Shown: positions 27,338 through 38,270 of the stretch, one piece after another
How the letters are laid out: each line of letters opens with the position of its first letter
How positions within the stretch are numbered: position 1 is the first letter of the stretch
NCBI RefSeq assembly: GCF_963921235.1
Contig: NC_086109.1
Coordinates: 37,698,001-37,762,000, forward strand
Length of the DNA: 64,000 nucleotides
Reading direction: 5' to 3'
From: Mobula hypostoma
Lineage: Eukaryota
Made by a program: the position numbers and the translations under genes
Notes under the pieces: generated by a model
What the model was told of the DNA's origin: nothing
The model's input: only the letters and a program-made list of their open reading frames with translations
Databases searched by the model: none

Positions 27338-28200
27338 AAACATGGAAAAGTCTGCAAATTCTGGAAATCCAAAGCAACGCCTATAGACTGCTGGAGGGAC
27401 TCAGCAGGTCGGGCAGCATTTATGGAAAAGAGGAAGCAGTCGACGTTTCAGGCCAAGATCCTTCTGTGGGACCGAGAAGAAAGGAGGAAGATGCAGGAAG
27501 GAAATGGTGGGGCTGGGAGGAAGAGGGTAACTGGAAGGTGATAGGTGAAGCCAGGTGGGTGGGAAATGTCAAGAGCCAGAGAAGAAGGAATCTGATAGGA
27601 GAGGAGAGTGGACAATAGGAGAAAGGGAAGGAGGAGGGGACCCAGGGGGAAGTAAAGGGCAGGTGAGAAGAAGTGAAAGGTCAGAGTGGCGAATAGAGGA
27701 AGAGGAAGGGTAAATTTGTTCTATGGAAGGAGAAATTGATATTTATGCCATCAGAATGGAGGAGACCCAGATGGAATATAAGATGTTGTTCCTCCATCCT
27801 GAGGGTGACATCTTGACACAACAGGAGGCCATGGATTGACACATTGGAATGGGAATGGGAATGAAAATGTTTGGTCAGCAAGAGGTCCTGCTTGTGGCAG
27901 ATGGTGCGGAGTTGCTCGTTGAAGCGATCCACCAATCTACGACTGGTCTCACCAGTGTAGAGGATGCCTGCATTGAGAGCACCTGACACAATAGACAATC
28001 ACAGCAGTTTCACAGGTGAAGTGTTGCCTCACCTGAGAGGACTGTTTGGGACCCTGAATGGAGGTGAGAGAGGAGGTGTATGGGCAGGTGTAGCACTTGT
28101 GCCACTTGCAGGGATAAGTGCCTGGAGGGAGGGTCAATCGGACAAGGGAATTGTGGAGGGAGTGATCCCTACAGAAGGAGGAGGGGGGAAGAGGGGGGAA
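27338..28200 (-). mobile_element. Penelope-like element (Neptune-type) 3' part: Cys-rich linker, GIY-YIG endonuclease and pLTR
   Basis: PGTYPCKWHKCYTC...FTCETAVIVYCVRCSQC / ILYTGETSRRLVDRFNEQ...RMEEQHLIFHLG...DGINI; TSD ttatttt (27331-27337, 28201-28207). Confidence 0.88.
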
Positions 28201-28299
28201 TTATTTTTCCAGTTGAGAAACTAAATGTAGGAGCTTTACTAATGTTTAACACTAACGTTCAAATCAGGAAGCTGAGAAATCAAAATAACAGACCATATT

Positions 28300-30827
28300 A
28301 AAGTTCAAAAGTTCAAAGTAAATTTATAATCAAAGTACATATATATCACTATATACAATCTCAAGATTTTTTTTCTTGTGGGAATACTTGTGGGGAGCAC
28401 TAATAGTTTCTATGAAAGACCCCTCCCAACAGAGTGGAAAAACAGTGTGCAAAAGACAGCAAACTGTGCAAACGCAAAAGAATAATAAATACATAGTCGA
28501 GCAGTAACTATTGAGAACACGAGATGAAGAGTCCTTGAAAGTGAGCCTATACGGTGCCTATAAAAAATATTCTCCCCCCTCGGAAGTTTTCATGTTTTAT
28601 TGTTTTACAACATTGAATCACAGTGGATTTAATTTGGCTGTTCTGATACTGATCAACAGAAAAGACTTTTTCATATCAAAGTGAAAACAAATTTCGACAA
28701 GTTGGTCTAAATTTATCACTATTATTGAACACAAAATAATTGATTGCATAAGTATTCACCCCTTCAAGGCAGTATTTAGTAGATGCTCCATTGGCAGCAA
28801 TTGCAGCCTTGAATCTGTGTGGATAGGTCTCTATCAGCTTTGCACATCTGGACACTCCAATTTTTTTCCCCATTCTTCTTTACAAAACTGATCAAGCTCT
28901 GCCAGATTGCATGGGAATTGTGAGTGGACAGCCCTTTTCAAGTCCAGCCACAATTAGGTTGAGGTCTGGACTCTGACTTAGCCACTCTAGGACATTAGCT
29001 TTGTTGTTTTTAAGCCACCTGCGTAGTTTTGGCTTCATGCTTGGGGTCATTGTCTTGCTGGAAAACAAACCTCCCAATCTGTAGTTCCCTTGCAGACTGT
29101 ATCAGATTTTCCTCCAGAATTTCTCTGTATTTTGCTGCATTCATTTTACCCTCTACCTTCAGAAGCCTTCCAGATCCTGCTGCAGTGAAGCATCCCCACA
29201 GCGTAATGTAGCCACCACCATGCTTCACGGTAGGGATGGTATGTTTTTGATGATGTGCACTGTTTGGCTTATGGCTTAAGCCAAATATAGCATTTAGTCT
29301 GATGGCCAAAAAGCTCAATTTTGATATCATCAGATCATAGAACCTTCTTCCAGCTGACTTCAGAGTCTACCACCTTCATTCTGGCAAAATCTAGTCAAGA
29401 TTTCATGTGAATTTTTTTTCGACAGTAGCTTTCTCTTTGCAACTCCCCCCATAAAGCTGTGACTAGTGAAGAACCTGGGCAACACAGTTGTATGCGCAGT
29501 CTCTCTCATCTCAGCTACTGAAGCTTGTAACTCCTCCAGAATTGCCATAGGTCTCTTGGTGGCCTCCCTCACTAGTCCCTTCCTTGCACCGTGACTCAGA
29601 TTTTGAGCTCAGGCTGCTCTAGGTAGATTTACAGCTGTGTCATATTCTTTCCATCTGTTGATGGTTGACTTAACTGTACTCCAAGGATTAAGCAGTGACT
29701 TAGAAATTTTCATCTATCTATCTCCTGACTTGTGCTTTTCAATAACCTTTCTGCAGAGTTGCTTGGAGTTTTCTTTTGTCTTCATGGTGAAGTTTTTGCC
29801 AGGATATTGACTCACCAGCAGTTGGACCTTCCAGATACAGGTGTATTTTTACTACAATCATTTGAAACATCTTGACTGCACACTAGTCTCCAGAAACAAT
29901 CTTCATTTAAACTAATTATGTGACTTCTAAAACCAACTGGCTGCACCTGTGATGATTTTGTGCATGATTTTAAAGGGAGTGAATACTTGTGCATCAATTA
30001 CTTTGTGTTTTATATTTATAATTAATTTAGATCACTTTGTAGAGATCTGTTTTTACCTTGACACAGAAGTCTTTTTCTGTTGATCAGTGTCAAAAAAGCC
30101 AAATTAAATCCATTGTGATTCAATGTTGTAAAACAATAAAACATGAAAACTTCCAAGGTGGAGTGAATACTTTTTATAGGCACTGTAGGTTGTGGGAACA
30201 GTACAGAGATGGAGCAGGTGAAGTTGAGTGAAGTTATCCCCACTGGCTCAGGATCCTGATAGTTGAGGGGTAATAACCGTTCCTGCATCTGGTAGTGTGA
30301 CTCCTGTGGCTTTTGTACCTTCTTTCTGATGGCAGCAGTGAGAAGAAAGCATGGTTTAGGTGGTGGGGATCCCTGATGATGGATGCTGCTTTTCTGCAAC
30401 AGCACTCTGTGTAGATGCACTTAATGGTGGGCAGGGCTTTATCTGTGATGAACTAGGTCATACTTACTACTTTTTGTAGGATTTTCCATTGGTGTTTCCA
30501 TACCAAGCTGTGATGCAATCAGTCAACCTCACATCTATAGAAGATTGCCAAAGTATTAGATGCTACCCTGAAGCTTTACAAAAGTCCAGGGAAATAGAGG
30601 CACTGCCATGCTTTCTCTGTAATCGCACTTATGAAGAAATGCTAACACCATGGAATTAAAAGATGCTGACTCTATCCACCTTTGACTTCCCCCCAATGAG
30701 AACAGGTTCATGAACCCCTGCTTTCCTCCTCAATAATCAGCCCGCAGGTCTTGCTGACACTGAGTGAGAAGTTGCTGTTGTGGCCCCACTCAGCCAGATT
30801 TTCAATCTCCCTCTGATATGCTGATTT
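28300..30827 (-). mobile_element. Rex1/Babar-like LINE 3' portion with (TTTGAAC)n-type tail; hosts the Tc1
   Basis: aagttcaaaagttcaaagtaaattt tail on +; C-terminal motifs at 30240-30600; possible short TSD atatt (28295-28299, 30828-30832); absent from copy A. Confidence 0.8.
28552..30185 (-). mobile_element. Full-length (1634 bp) IR/DR-type Tc1 transposon with frameshifted transposase
   Basis: TA on both sides; ~210-bp TIRs (cggtgcctataaaaaatattc... / ...gaatactttttataggcactg) each with inner and outer aagtattcacccc-type DRs; transposase motifs [48 protein letters not shown]. Confidence 0.93.
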
Positions 30828-31679
30828 ATATTGGAGAATACACATATTACTTTCTTCTCTGCAACTTTATCACACAAACTTCCAGTTGAACGTCGGGCTG
30901 CATGGGTGAGCTTAGTCAATGAAATCCTGCTGCTTATTTTTGATTACAATCTGGTGCTTTGCCAATACTTTGTTAAATTCCCAATATTATTAACATCAAA
31001 CTGAAAACTCTTTTCATGTTAATTCTCTAAAATTAACCCAATTAACAATGAGCTCCCTTTGAATATTAGGAGAAACCAAATTTGAAAGGAATACCAGTGA
31101 AATTGTTCACAATTAAGCCTGTTGTTTACATCATCCTATTGTGCTGTGATTAAAAGTAGATGAGCTTTTACATGGAGAGAAAAGAGAATTGACAACTTTC
31201 TTAGAGCATTCGCACTTTCTCTTGCTTCAGGACAGAGCATTATCTGTACTTTTGGCAGCTGGATCATGACAGGAACACTCAGTGGATTTTGATGTGTGCT
31301 CCTGTACAGTGATGGTTGAACTAAAAGACCTGGCATTAATTTCCCAGTAATTAAGAAATCTTAAAAAAAACCTACATTCTTCTTGGTACAATACTTCTGC
31401 AACACTTCAGCAAGCGAACACAGTCAAAATGCTTTTTAGGTCCAGTGAATGTTAACCCGGGTTAGAAAATTGGAATTGTGCCTTGCAACTTCTGACAACT
31501 TTTCCACGTCACACTCAGTTTGAACAATTGAGCTGTTAGAAATAACACCTTCGATGGATTTTTTCCACCTGCATATTGAAGCTTCAAAATGGCATTCATT
31601 ATTTGAATAATGTACATTGTTTGGGAAATATGTTTCTACTGCACAGAGGGAACAAGCAGCAGATCAGATCTGATTTTAA

Positions 31680-31950
31680 AAACCATGGGCTCAGGCCCCT
31701 CTCCAGAGACGAGGGTGTATAATTTACATTGATACTTCACTGTGGTATTCAGGGAATGCTATACTGCTGGAGGGGCAGTCTTTTGGATGGAACAGTAAAT
31801 TGAGACTCTGTCTTACGTTTTTTGTTGCTTTATAAGATCTTGCGGCACTATTCAAACCTGAGGAAATCACTTGTGAAGTGCCTGGTGTTTAACCCTCAAA
31901 CCAACATCACCAAAAAGTATAAATCTGTTCTAATTTCTTCTTTCTCAGGA
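31680..31950 (+). mobile_element. DeuSINE (SacSINE1/AmnSINE-like) remnant
   Basis: ctccagagac...gtattcagggaatgctatactgctggaggggcagtcttttggatg...aagatcttgcggcactatt...taaccctcaaaccaacatcaccaaaaa resembles the Deu domain as I recall it. Confidence 0.6.
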
Positions 31951-32062
31951 ACTTAGGACATTATACCACCTTCAATTTTTCCTTCTTTTTCTAAATGACA
32001 GAGCATAGAAGGAACCCTGCAGATGTCTTGTGGCTGTCCCAGAACCATGGAACGTACCATGT

Positions 32063-32240
32063 GCGACACAGCAGCATAGCAGTTAGTGTAACGCTTTACA
32101 GTGCCAGTAATAAGCAATCAGGGTTCAATTCTCACCACCGCCTGTAAGAAGTCTGTAGTGTACATTATTCCCCATGACAGCATGGGTTTCCTCAGGGTGC
32201 ATGAATTTCCTCCCATATCCCAAAGACGTACAGGTTATGG
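32063..32240 (+). mobile_element. V-SINE (HE1-like), 3'-truncated
   Basis: Same head and V-domain as 602-854 (gcagcatagcagttag, gggttcaattc, catgggtttcctcagggtgc). Confidence 0.75.
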
Positions 32241-32419
32241 TTCACTGATGCAGTGACAAATAAAACCAATCTTTAAGATAAAGCTAATTTTGAAATCAGG
32301 CCACTACTGAGGAAATTGAAGCAGAGCTAACAATGAAGATCAGTGCCTTTCACACATTTAATACCCTATGCCTAAAATGTAAGCAAGAGGTCATTATTGA
32401 ATGACAGGGGAGATACTTT

Positions 32420-33485
32420 CCATATAGATGTCTCTGAGATTTTTTGTCCTCCCAGAATTATGGCTTGCTTTCTATCACTGGATACCATCTAATTCTTCAC
32501 AGAGCAAGAATAGAGACCCGCTGATTCTCACATACTGCATCAGCTTCTGCATTCAATGAATCATCCTTAACAATTTTGCCAGCTTCATGAAATTTTTACC
32601 ACTAGGCATTTTCTCTTCCCCACCTATGACTCAGCTTTTTCATGGAATCCCCCTGTCTTCCATCTCCACCAACCATTTTATTCTTTTTATATCACTTTTC
32701 CAAGCAACTGGAGGAGATGTCATACTTAAACTACTCATCATTCAGGAACCCAAACAATCCTTCTGGGTGAAGCAGTGACTCTTGCACTCCTTACAAGCTA
32801 GTGCACTGTATTGTGGTTACTTCTACATTTGGGTAGCCAAGCTCAGCTGGTTTGTGGTGGACCTGTGTCCATTCTGCAGTGGTGAATCAAAGCTTCCTGT
32901 TCTGGACACTGTAATATTCCATCTCTCTCTTTCATATCTGTTGTGGTCTCCTGCACTCTTAGAATGAGGTCCAATATGGGCCCGAGGAACACTGCTTCAT
33001 CTTCTATCTGGACATTCAGTAGCCTTCTGAACTTAATATCTCATGCTGTAACTTCAGGTAATCCACTTTCTCTGTTTCTACCAGAAATGGCTATCTCTGC
33101 TGTAGGTCATCTATATGTAGTTCTTTGTCCATCTGGCTTGTTGGACATGTCCTTCAGTGCCTCATTTTGCACATTTTCAGTTTCTTTGTCTGTGTTCTTG
33201 CTCTCCTGTTCCCCTCATTTAATAAATTTTATTCACCTTATCTCATTCTAATTGCTCACATTAACTGATTAACGAGAGTAGTTCTAAAACTTATCCCCAT
33301 GGCAACACTGACCTCAGCCCATTGAAGATATCGCCCTTCCCCATCCTCTCTGCAACTTAAAAACAACCTGTTCTGTGTTTCTCCTAGTTCTGATGAAGGC
33401 CTTCAACAAAAATATTAACTCTGATTCTCTCTCTGCAGATGCTCTCAGACTCACTGGATGTTTTCACCATTTTCTGTTTTTATCT
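32420..33485 (+). mobile_element. Old Penelope-like element remnant
   Basis: Decayed homology to 27338-28200 (attcaggaacccaaacaatccttctgggtgaagcag; gaggaacactgcttcatcttc) and pLTR end agttCTGATGAaggccttcaacaaaaatattaact...gcagatgct. Confidence 0.65.
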
Positions 33486-33691
33486 TGGCTTGAGCAGGCT
33501 TGTACGCTGCTCTTCTCAAAGTGAAAACTGGAAAAACCATACGGACAATGACACTCTTTTTGGTGAACGGAATTTAATTATACATCTTCTGTTCCTTTAC
33601 ACTGTGCTCCTCCTAAATACCTCCCACATATCTCTTATTCACCTTTGATGCTGGGGAGGATGGTGTCAAAAAGAAATAATTCAGTACTTAC

Positions 33692-33907
33692 AGTACAACT
33701 AGGCTTGACAAGTTGACAAATGCTGAATCAGGGATGTATGCTATTTTGTTGAGAGCGAGTGTCATGGCCTGAAGTGATGGCAGGTTGTTGAGCGCTTGAA
33801 CAGGAATCTGAGTCAGGGCATTATCATCGAGCCAGAGATGCCGAAGGGACTGCAAGCCTTCAAAGCTGTCCTGAGGTATGTCTGAAATCAGGTTTGCATC
33901 CAGGCGT
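33692..33907 (-). CDS. LGR6: Internal coding exon (216 bp, three LRR units) of an LGR4/5/6-family R-spondin receptor GPCR, most likely LGR6; equivalent to human exon 5
   Basis: Translates to [72 protein letters not shown]. Acceptor ttcttgcag ends at 33908 and donor GTAAGT starts at 33691; phase 2-2. DANLIS and ALNNLP match my recollection of LGR6 better than LGR4/5. The family call is firm; the paralogue call is less so. Confidence 0.9.
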
Positions 33908-34431
33908 CTGCAAGAACAATGAAATTCCAATTACTTTCCTCCTTTGATGATTTGCAAAAAAATTGGTGGTAAAATAACTTTTTTCAAGCACGTACTAATA
34001 ATGTAAATTTACGGAACTTAGAGCAAGGGTGTTCAAATACTTTATCAACACATATGATGTGGCGTAAATCTGTAATTCATTCCAAAAACTTGTTCATTGA
34101 AAAATAGATTGTCAGGATTTTATCAGGAAAGGTTGTAAAGAATTACTAAACTGAACTAGATAGCTAGAGTTGAGACCAGTAAAAATTTAACTGAATGGAA
34201 GGTGAAGCTGAAGTACTTGAATGGCAAACTTTGTTCCCATGTTATTAGGACGTGTTGTCAAGATGTTGGTTTCAGTGTCAAAGGTAGCAATGGATTTCTG
34301 TTAATTAATGAGTTGCCTTCCTGACCTGCTGCAGTTATGTGGTAAAGGGACACACCGACATTGCGTAAGGAGTTCCTGCACTTAGGTGCAGTGACAGAAG
34401 GCAATACACTGAAGCAAGGCAATCAATTTCC

Positions 34432-34863
34432 AGTGAAACATAAACACAATATTGGAGGAATGCAGCAAGTCAGGCAGCATCTATGGAGGAAATAAACAGT
34501 TGCTATTTCAGGCCAAGAGCCTTTATAAGGAAGCCAGAATAGGAAGAGGGGCTTGGGGAAGGAGTACAAGTCAGCAGGTGATAAGTGAAACCAGGTGAGG
34601 TGGAAGGTGGGTAGGTGGGGGAGGGGTAAGAAAGAAGTGTGAAGCTGGGAGGCAATAGGTGGAACAGGTAAAGGGCTGAAGAGGAAGGAATCTGATAGGA
34701 GAGGACAGTAGGCCATGAGAGAAAGGGAAGGAAGAAGGTCACCAGAGGGAAGTGTTTGGCAGGAAAGATTGACTGCTTATTCTTCCCCATTGATATTGCC
34801 TGACCTGCTCAGTTCCTCCAGCATTTTGTGTGTGTTGCCCTGGATTTCCAGCATCTGCAGAAT
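34432..34863 (-). mobile_element. Penelope-like pLTR (minus) joined to an inverted pLTR end (plus, ~34768-34863)
   Basis: ggaggaatgcagcaagtcaggcagcatctatgg...purine-rich block; then tgcctgacctgctcagttcctccagcattttgtgtgtgttgc in the opposite orientation. Confidence 0.75.
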
Positions 34864-35802
34864 GCCCAAATTAGAATGGTGTGCAACTTGAGCTTGGCGG
34901 CTTGAGGGGATGCCTTTTCCTCGCACTTTCTGCTCGTGCCCTGGCAGGTCAGGAGTTGGGGAAATGTAGCAGCCCATTTTGTAAAGTGGTCTTAACATCC
35001 TGTTGATATTGGGAGTGAATACTCAGCAAAGTGGATGAAATAACATAAGTGATATCTGACAAATAACCAAAGCTGATATGAAATTGAATTGTTTTTCTCC
35101 AATGCAGTATTATCTTGAGTACACACAAGCCAAAGGCCTGAACAGTCCCATAACCCATGAACACAATTTCACTATTCTTCTTTTGCAATATTTATTTACT
35201 TTATTTTTATTATGACTGATTGTGATCTTTTTATCTGTTGCACTGTACTGCTGAAACAAAAGATCACAACGTATGTCAGAAATAAACGTGAAGATCCTTC
35301 TTCAGGCAGACGCTAACTTCCGTTATAATACGATCACCTAAAGTGAATATTTACCCTGCAACCTTGATCAGGAAAGGAACAAAACCTTTAAATCTGGAAC
35401 ATCTCAATGTTAACATGATACCTGGTCACTTAAACCTTGCATGTAACTTTACATATGTGGCAAAGAGAGAACTTAAAACTAATTACTAAAACTGATTTTA
35501 AAATCATTTTATTCATTTCATGTACACATTTGAAAATGGCTACACCTCTTAAACAAACAAATTGATCTATTATTGTTGCATACCTATGTAGTTACACTAT
35601 TGCTGTGTATGTGAGTTCTGTTTCCAATTTTCCAATGACATTTCCCACAAAAAGCACCTCTTAACCAATCCCAGCTTCAGACGTTAAGAAGTTTTGGTGT
35701 ATTTTTGTTAATTCCTCTGATCTGAGTTCTAGGATGATAGGAAATCTACACAACCAATTCATAAACATTTATTATTTTATCAATTTAGAAAACTAAGAGC
35801 AA

Positions 35803-36107
35803 TGCAGGTTTAAGGTAAAGGAAATATAAAACAATATTTGAACCTGCCATGGATCACAATTGCTTAAATACATTGGTATGCCACTTAGCTCTCCTTTGAA
35901 ACATGTTGGCTAATGCGTTACTTGCATCAATGCATCTAAGTGTGTTGTTTTTATTAGTACATTATTGCTTTAAAATGCATTGATGAAAGTAACACATTAA
36001 CCAACATATTTTTAAGGAAAACTAAGTGGGATACCAATGTATTAAAGCAATTGTGATCCATGCCAGGTTCAAATATTGTTTTCTATTTCCTTTACCTTAA
36101 ATCTGCA
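35803..36107. repeat. Inverted repeat: 133-bp arms, 39-bp spacer
   Basis: 35803-35935 versus the reverse complement of 35975-36107 aligns ungapped with 13 mismatches by hand count (~90%). Confidence 0.95.
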
Positions 36108-36132
36108 GTAATGTGCTAAAATATGACTTAAT

Positions 36133-38270
36133 AACATAAGAAATAGGTGTAGCAGTTGACCATCTGGCCTTTTGGGCCTGCTCTGCCATTTGATATGAGC
36201 ATGACTGAACTGGCCATAAACTCAGCTCCACCTACCTGTTTTTTTTCCAGAATCCACAATTCCCCCACCCTAAAATGCAAAAATCTATCTATTGTGTCTT
36301 AAATATATTTAACAAGGTATCCTCCATTACTTTCCTGAGCTTTAATGACTGCTTTAATTAAATATATTCTCATGTACAAAAAAGTTTGTATCAATTGCGA
36401 AGGGCATGGATCACATAAAAGGTATATTCTACATATACAGATTTGCTGTTAAATTATAAAATGTACAGAAATTACCTCAGAAATATTATTTATATAAAAG
36501 AGCAATTCTGAAGTTAGAGTCCAAAAATGAGCAAGTAACATTCAATTTGATGTGCACCAATAATTGCTATAAGGTGCCTCTGAGATTATTCAGTAACTGC
36601 ATAAATTCAACCTTTGTCAAAAGTGCTTGTATCTAACACAAGACAACGCAAGGAAACATAAAAAAATAGGACCAGGAGTTGGCCACTTGGCTGATCAAGC
36701 TTGCTCAATCATTGAATACGATCACTGGTGATCCTCTCCTTTCTTGTCCCTGTTCAACATACTGTAGCTCTAATTTCCTAATGTTTCAAAACGAATTTGC
36801 TTCCTCTTTGATTACCCCAGACAACAAAACTCGACAGACAGTCAGTCCTCATGGGTACAGAATTTCACTGATTCACCATATATGAAGTACTAATGAACCT
36901 ATGTTTCACATGCCTGCCTACTATTTCGTAAATATATCTCCTCCCTTCGAACTCTACCACAAATGGAAACATCTTCATCTTAAATTATTATTCTGCCATG
37001 TCTCCTTAGGATCTTACTTGTTTTGATGAGATCACATTTCAGTCTTCTAAATTCCAAAGAATATAGGTTTAATTCTTTTAGCCATTTGTGATGGAACAAC
37101 CTTTCATTTCTGGAAATAGCCTTGCAAATCTCTGCTGAATTACCTCCAATGGTAGTATATCCTTTTATAAGGCATAACCCCACCAGCATCTGTACAATTC
37201 TAACAATATTTCACTATTTTTACACTCTATGCCTCCAGCAATAAAGTTAATATCCCTTCACCTGCATACTAATATTTTGTGTTTTATGCACAAGAATACC
37301 TAGATCCATCTTTACTGCATTCTCTCCCTATTTAAATCATAGTCTGTCTTTTGATTCATTTTACCAACCTGTTTGATAACATGTTTATCTGTATTAAACT
37401 TGCCAAGTTTTCGCTCATTCACTCAACTGATTTACAGGTATATTGAGTCCAGATATCCTCATTTCAGTATGCCCTTCCACCTATCTTCATGCAACATTTA
37501 AAGTTAAATGGGATAGCCATATGGAAAGGAAAGGAATGGAGGGTTATGGGCTGAGTGCAGGTCAGTGGGACTAGGTGAGAGTAAGAGTTCGGCATGGACT
37601 AGAAGGGCCGAGATGGCCTGTTTCCATGCTGTAGTTGTTATATGGTTACAGTATATGGTTAACAACAAACTTGGATATTACACACTTTGCACACTTCGAG
37701 TAGCTGATAGAGATAAAAAGTAATTGTGGTCCATTCATAATCCTTTGGGCACCTTACTAGCAATAACCTTTCAAATGAAAAAGACCGACTTATTTTGACT
37801 CTCCACTAATGTGCCCTTTGGCCCACCACGTCGATGCTGACCATTGTTCTATCTGTTCTGGCCCCATTTAACGGCAGTTGGCCTAAAGCTGACTATCCCT
37901 CAATGACTCATGTGCTCATCCAAATGCTTTTTAAACATCATGGGAGTACTTGCTTTCACAGTCTCTTCAGGCAATGTATTCCAGATAATGCCATACTCTG
38001 AGTTAAAGTTGCTCTTAAGATTACTTTTAGATCTCTCCTAAATCACTTTAAACCTAGGGACTCTGCTGACATGGAGAAAACTTCCTTACTCACTACAGTA
38101 AGTATATCTATCCCTTTTTAATATTGTATACATTTAACAGAGATCACCCACCCCAATGCCACAGCCTCCTCTGCTGCAAGGAAAAACAACCAATGCCATC
38201 TCTCCTCATAACTGATACAAACCCCAGGCAAAATCCAATGGAATTATGTTCTTCCTACAGTGTACTATGT
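36133..38270 (-). mobile_element. Cluster of old CR1 3' fragments (mostly minus; one short plus 3' end at ~37500-37640)
   Basis: acataagaaatagg/aaacataaaaaaatagg tails, ELNLYSLEFRRLKCDLIKT, gggccgagatggcctgtttccatgctgta. Confidence 0.6.

Larger units (their letters stand above)
25665..31008 (+). repeat. Copy B of the local direct duplication, split by later TE insertions
   Basis: Segments 25665-26300, 26793-27337, 28201-28299 and 30830-31008 align in order to 22651-24098. Confidence 0.85.
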
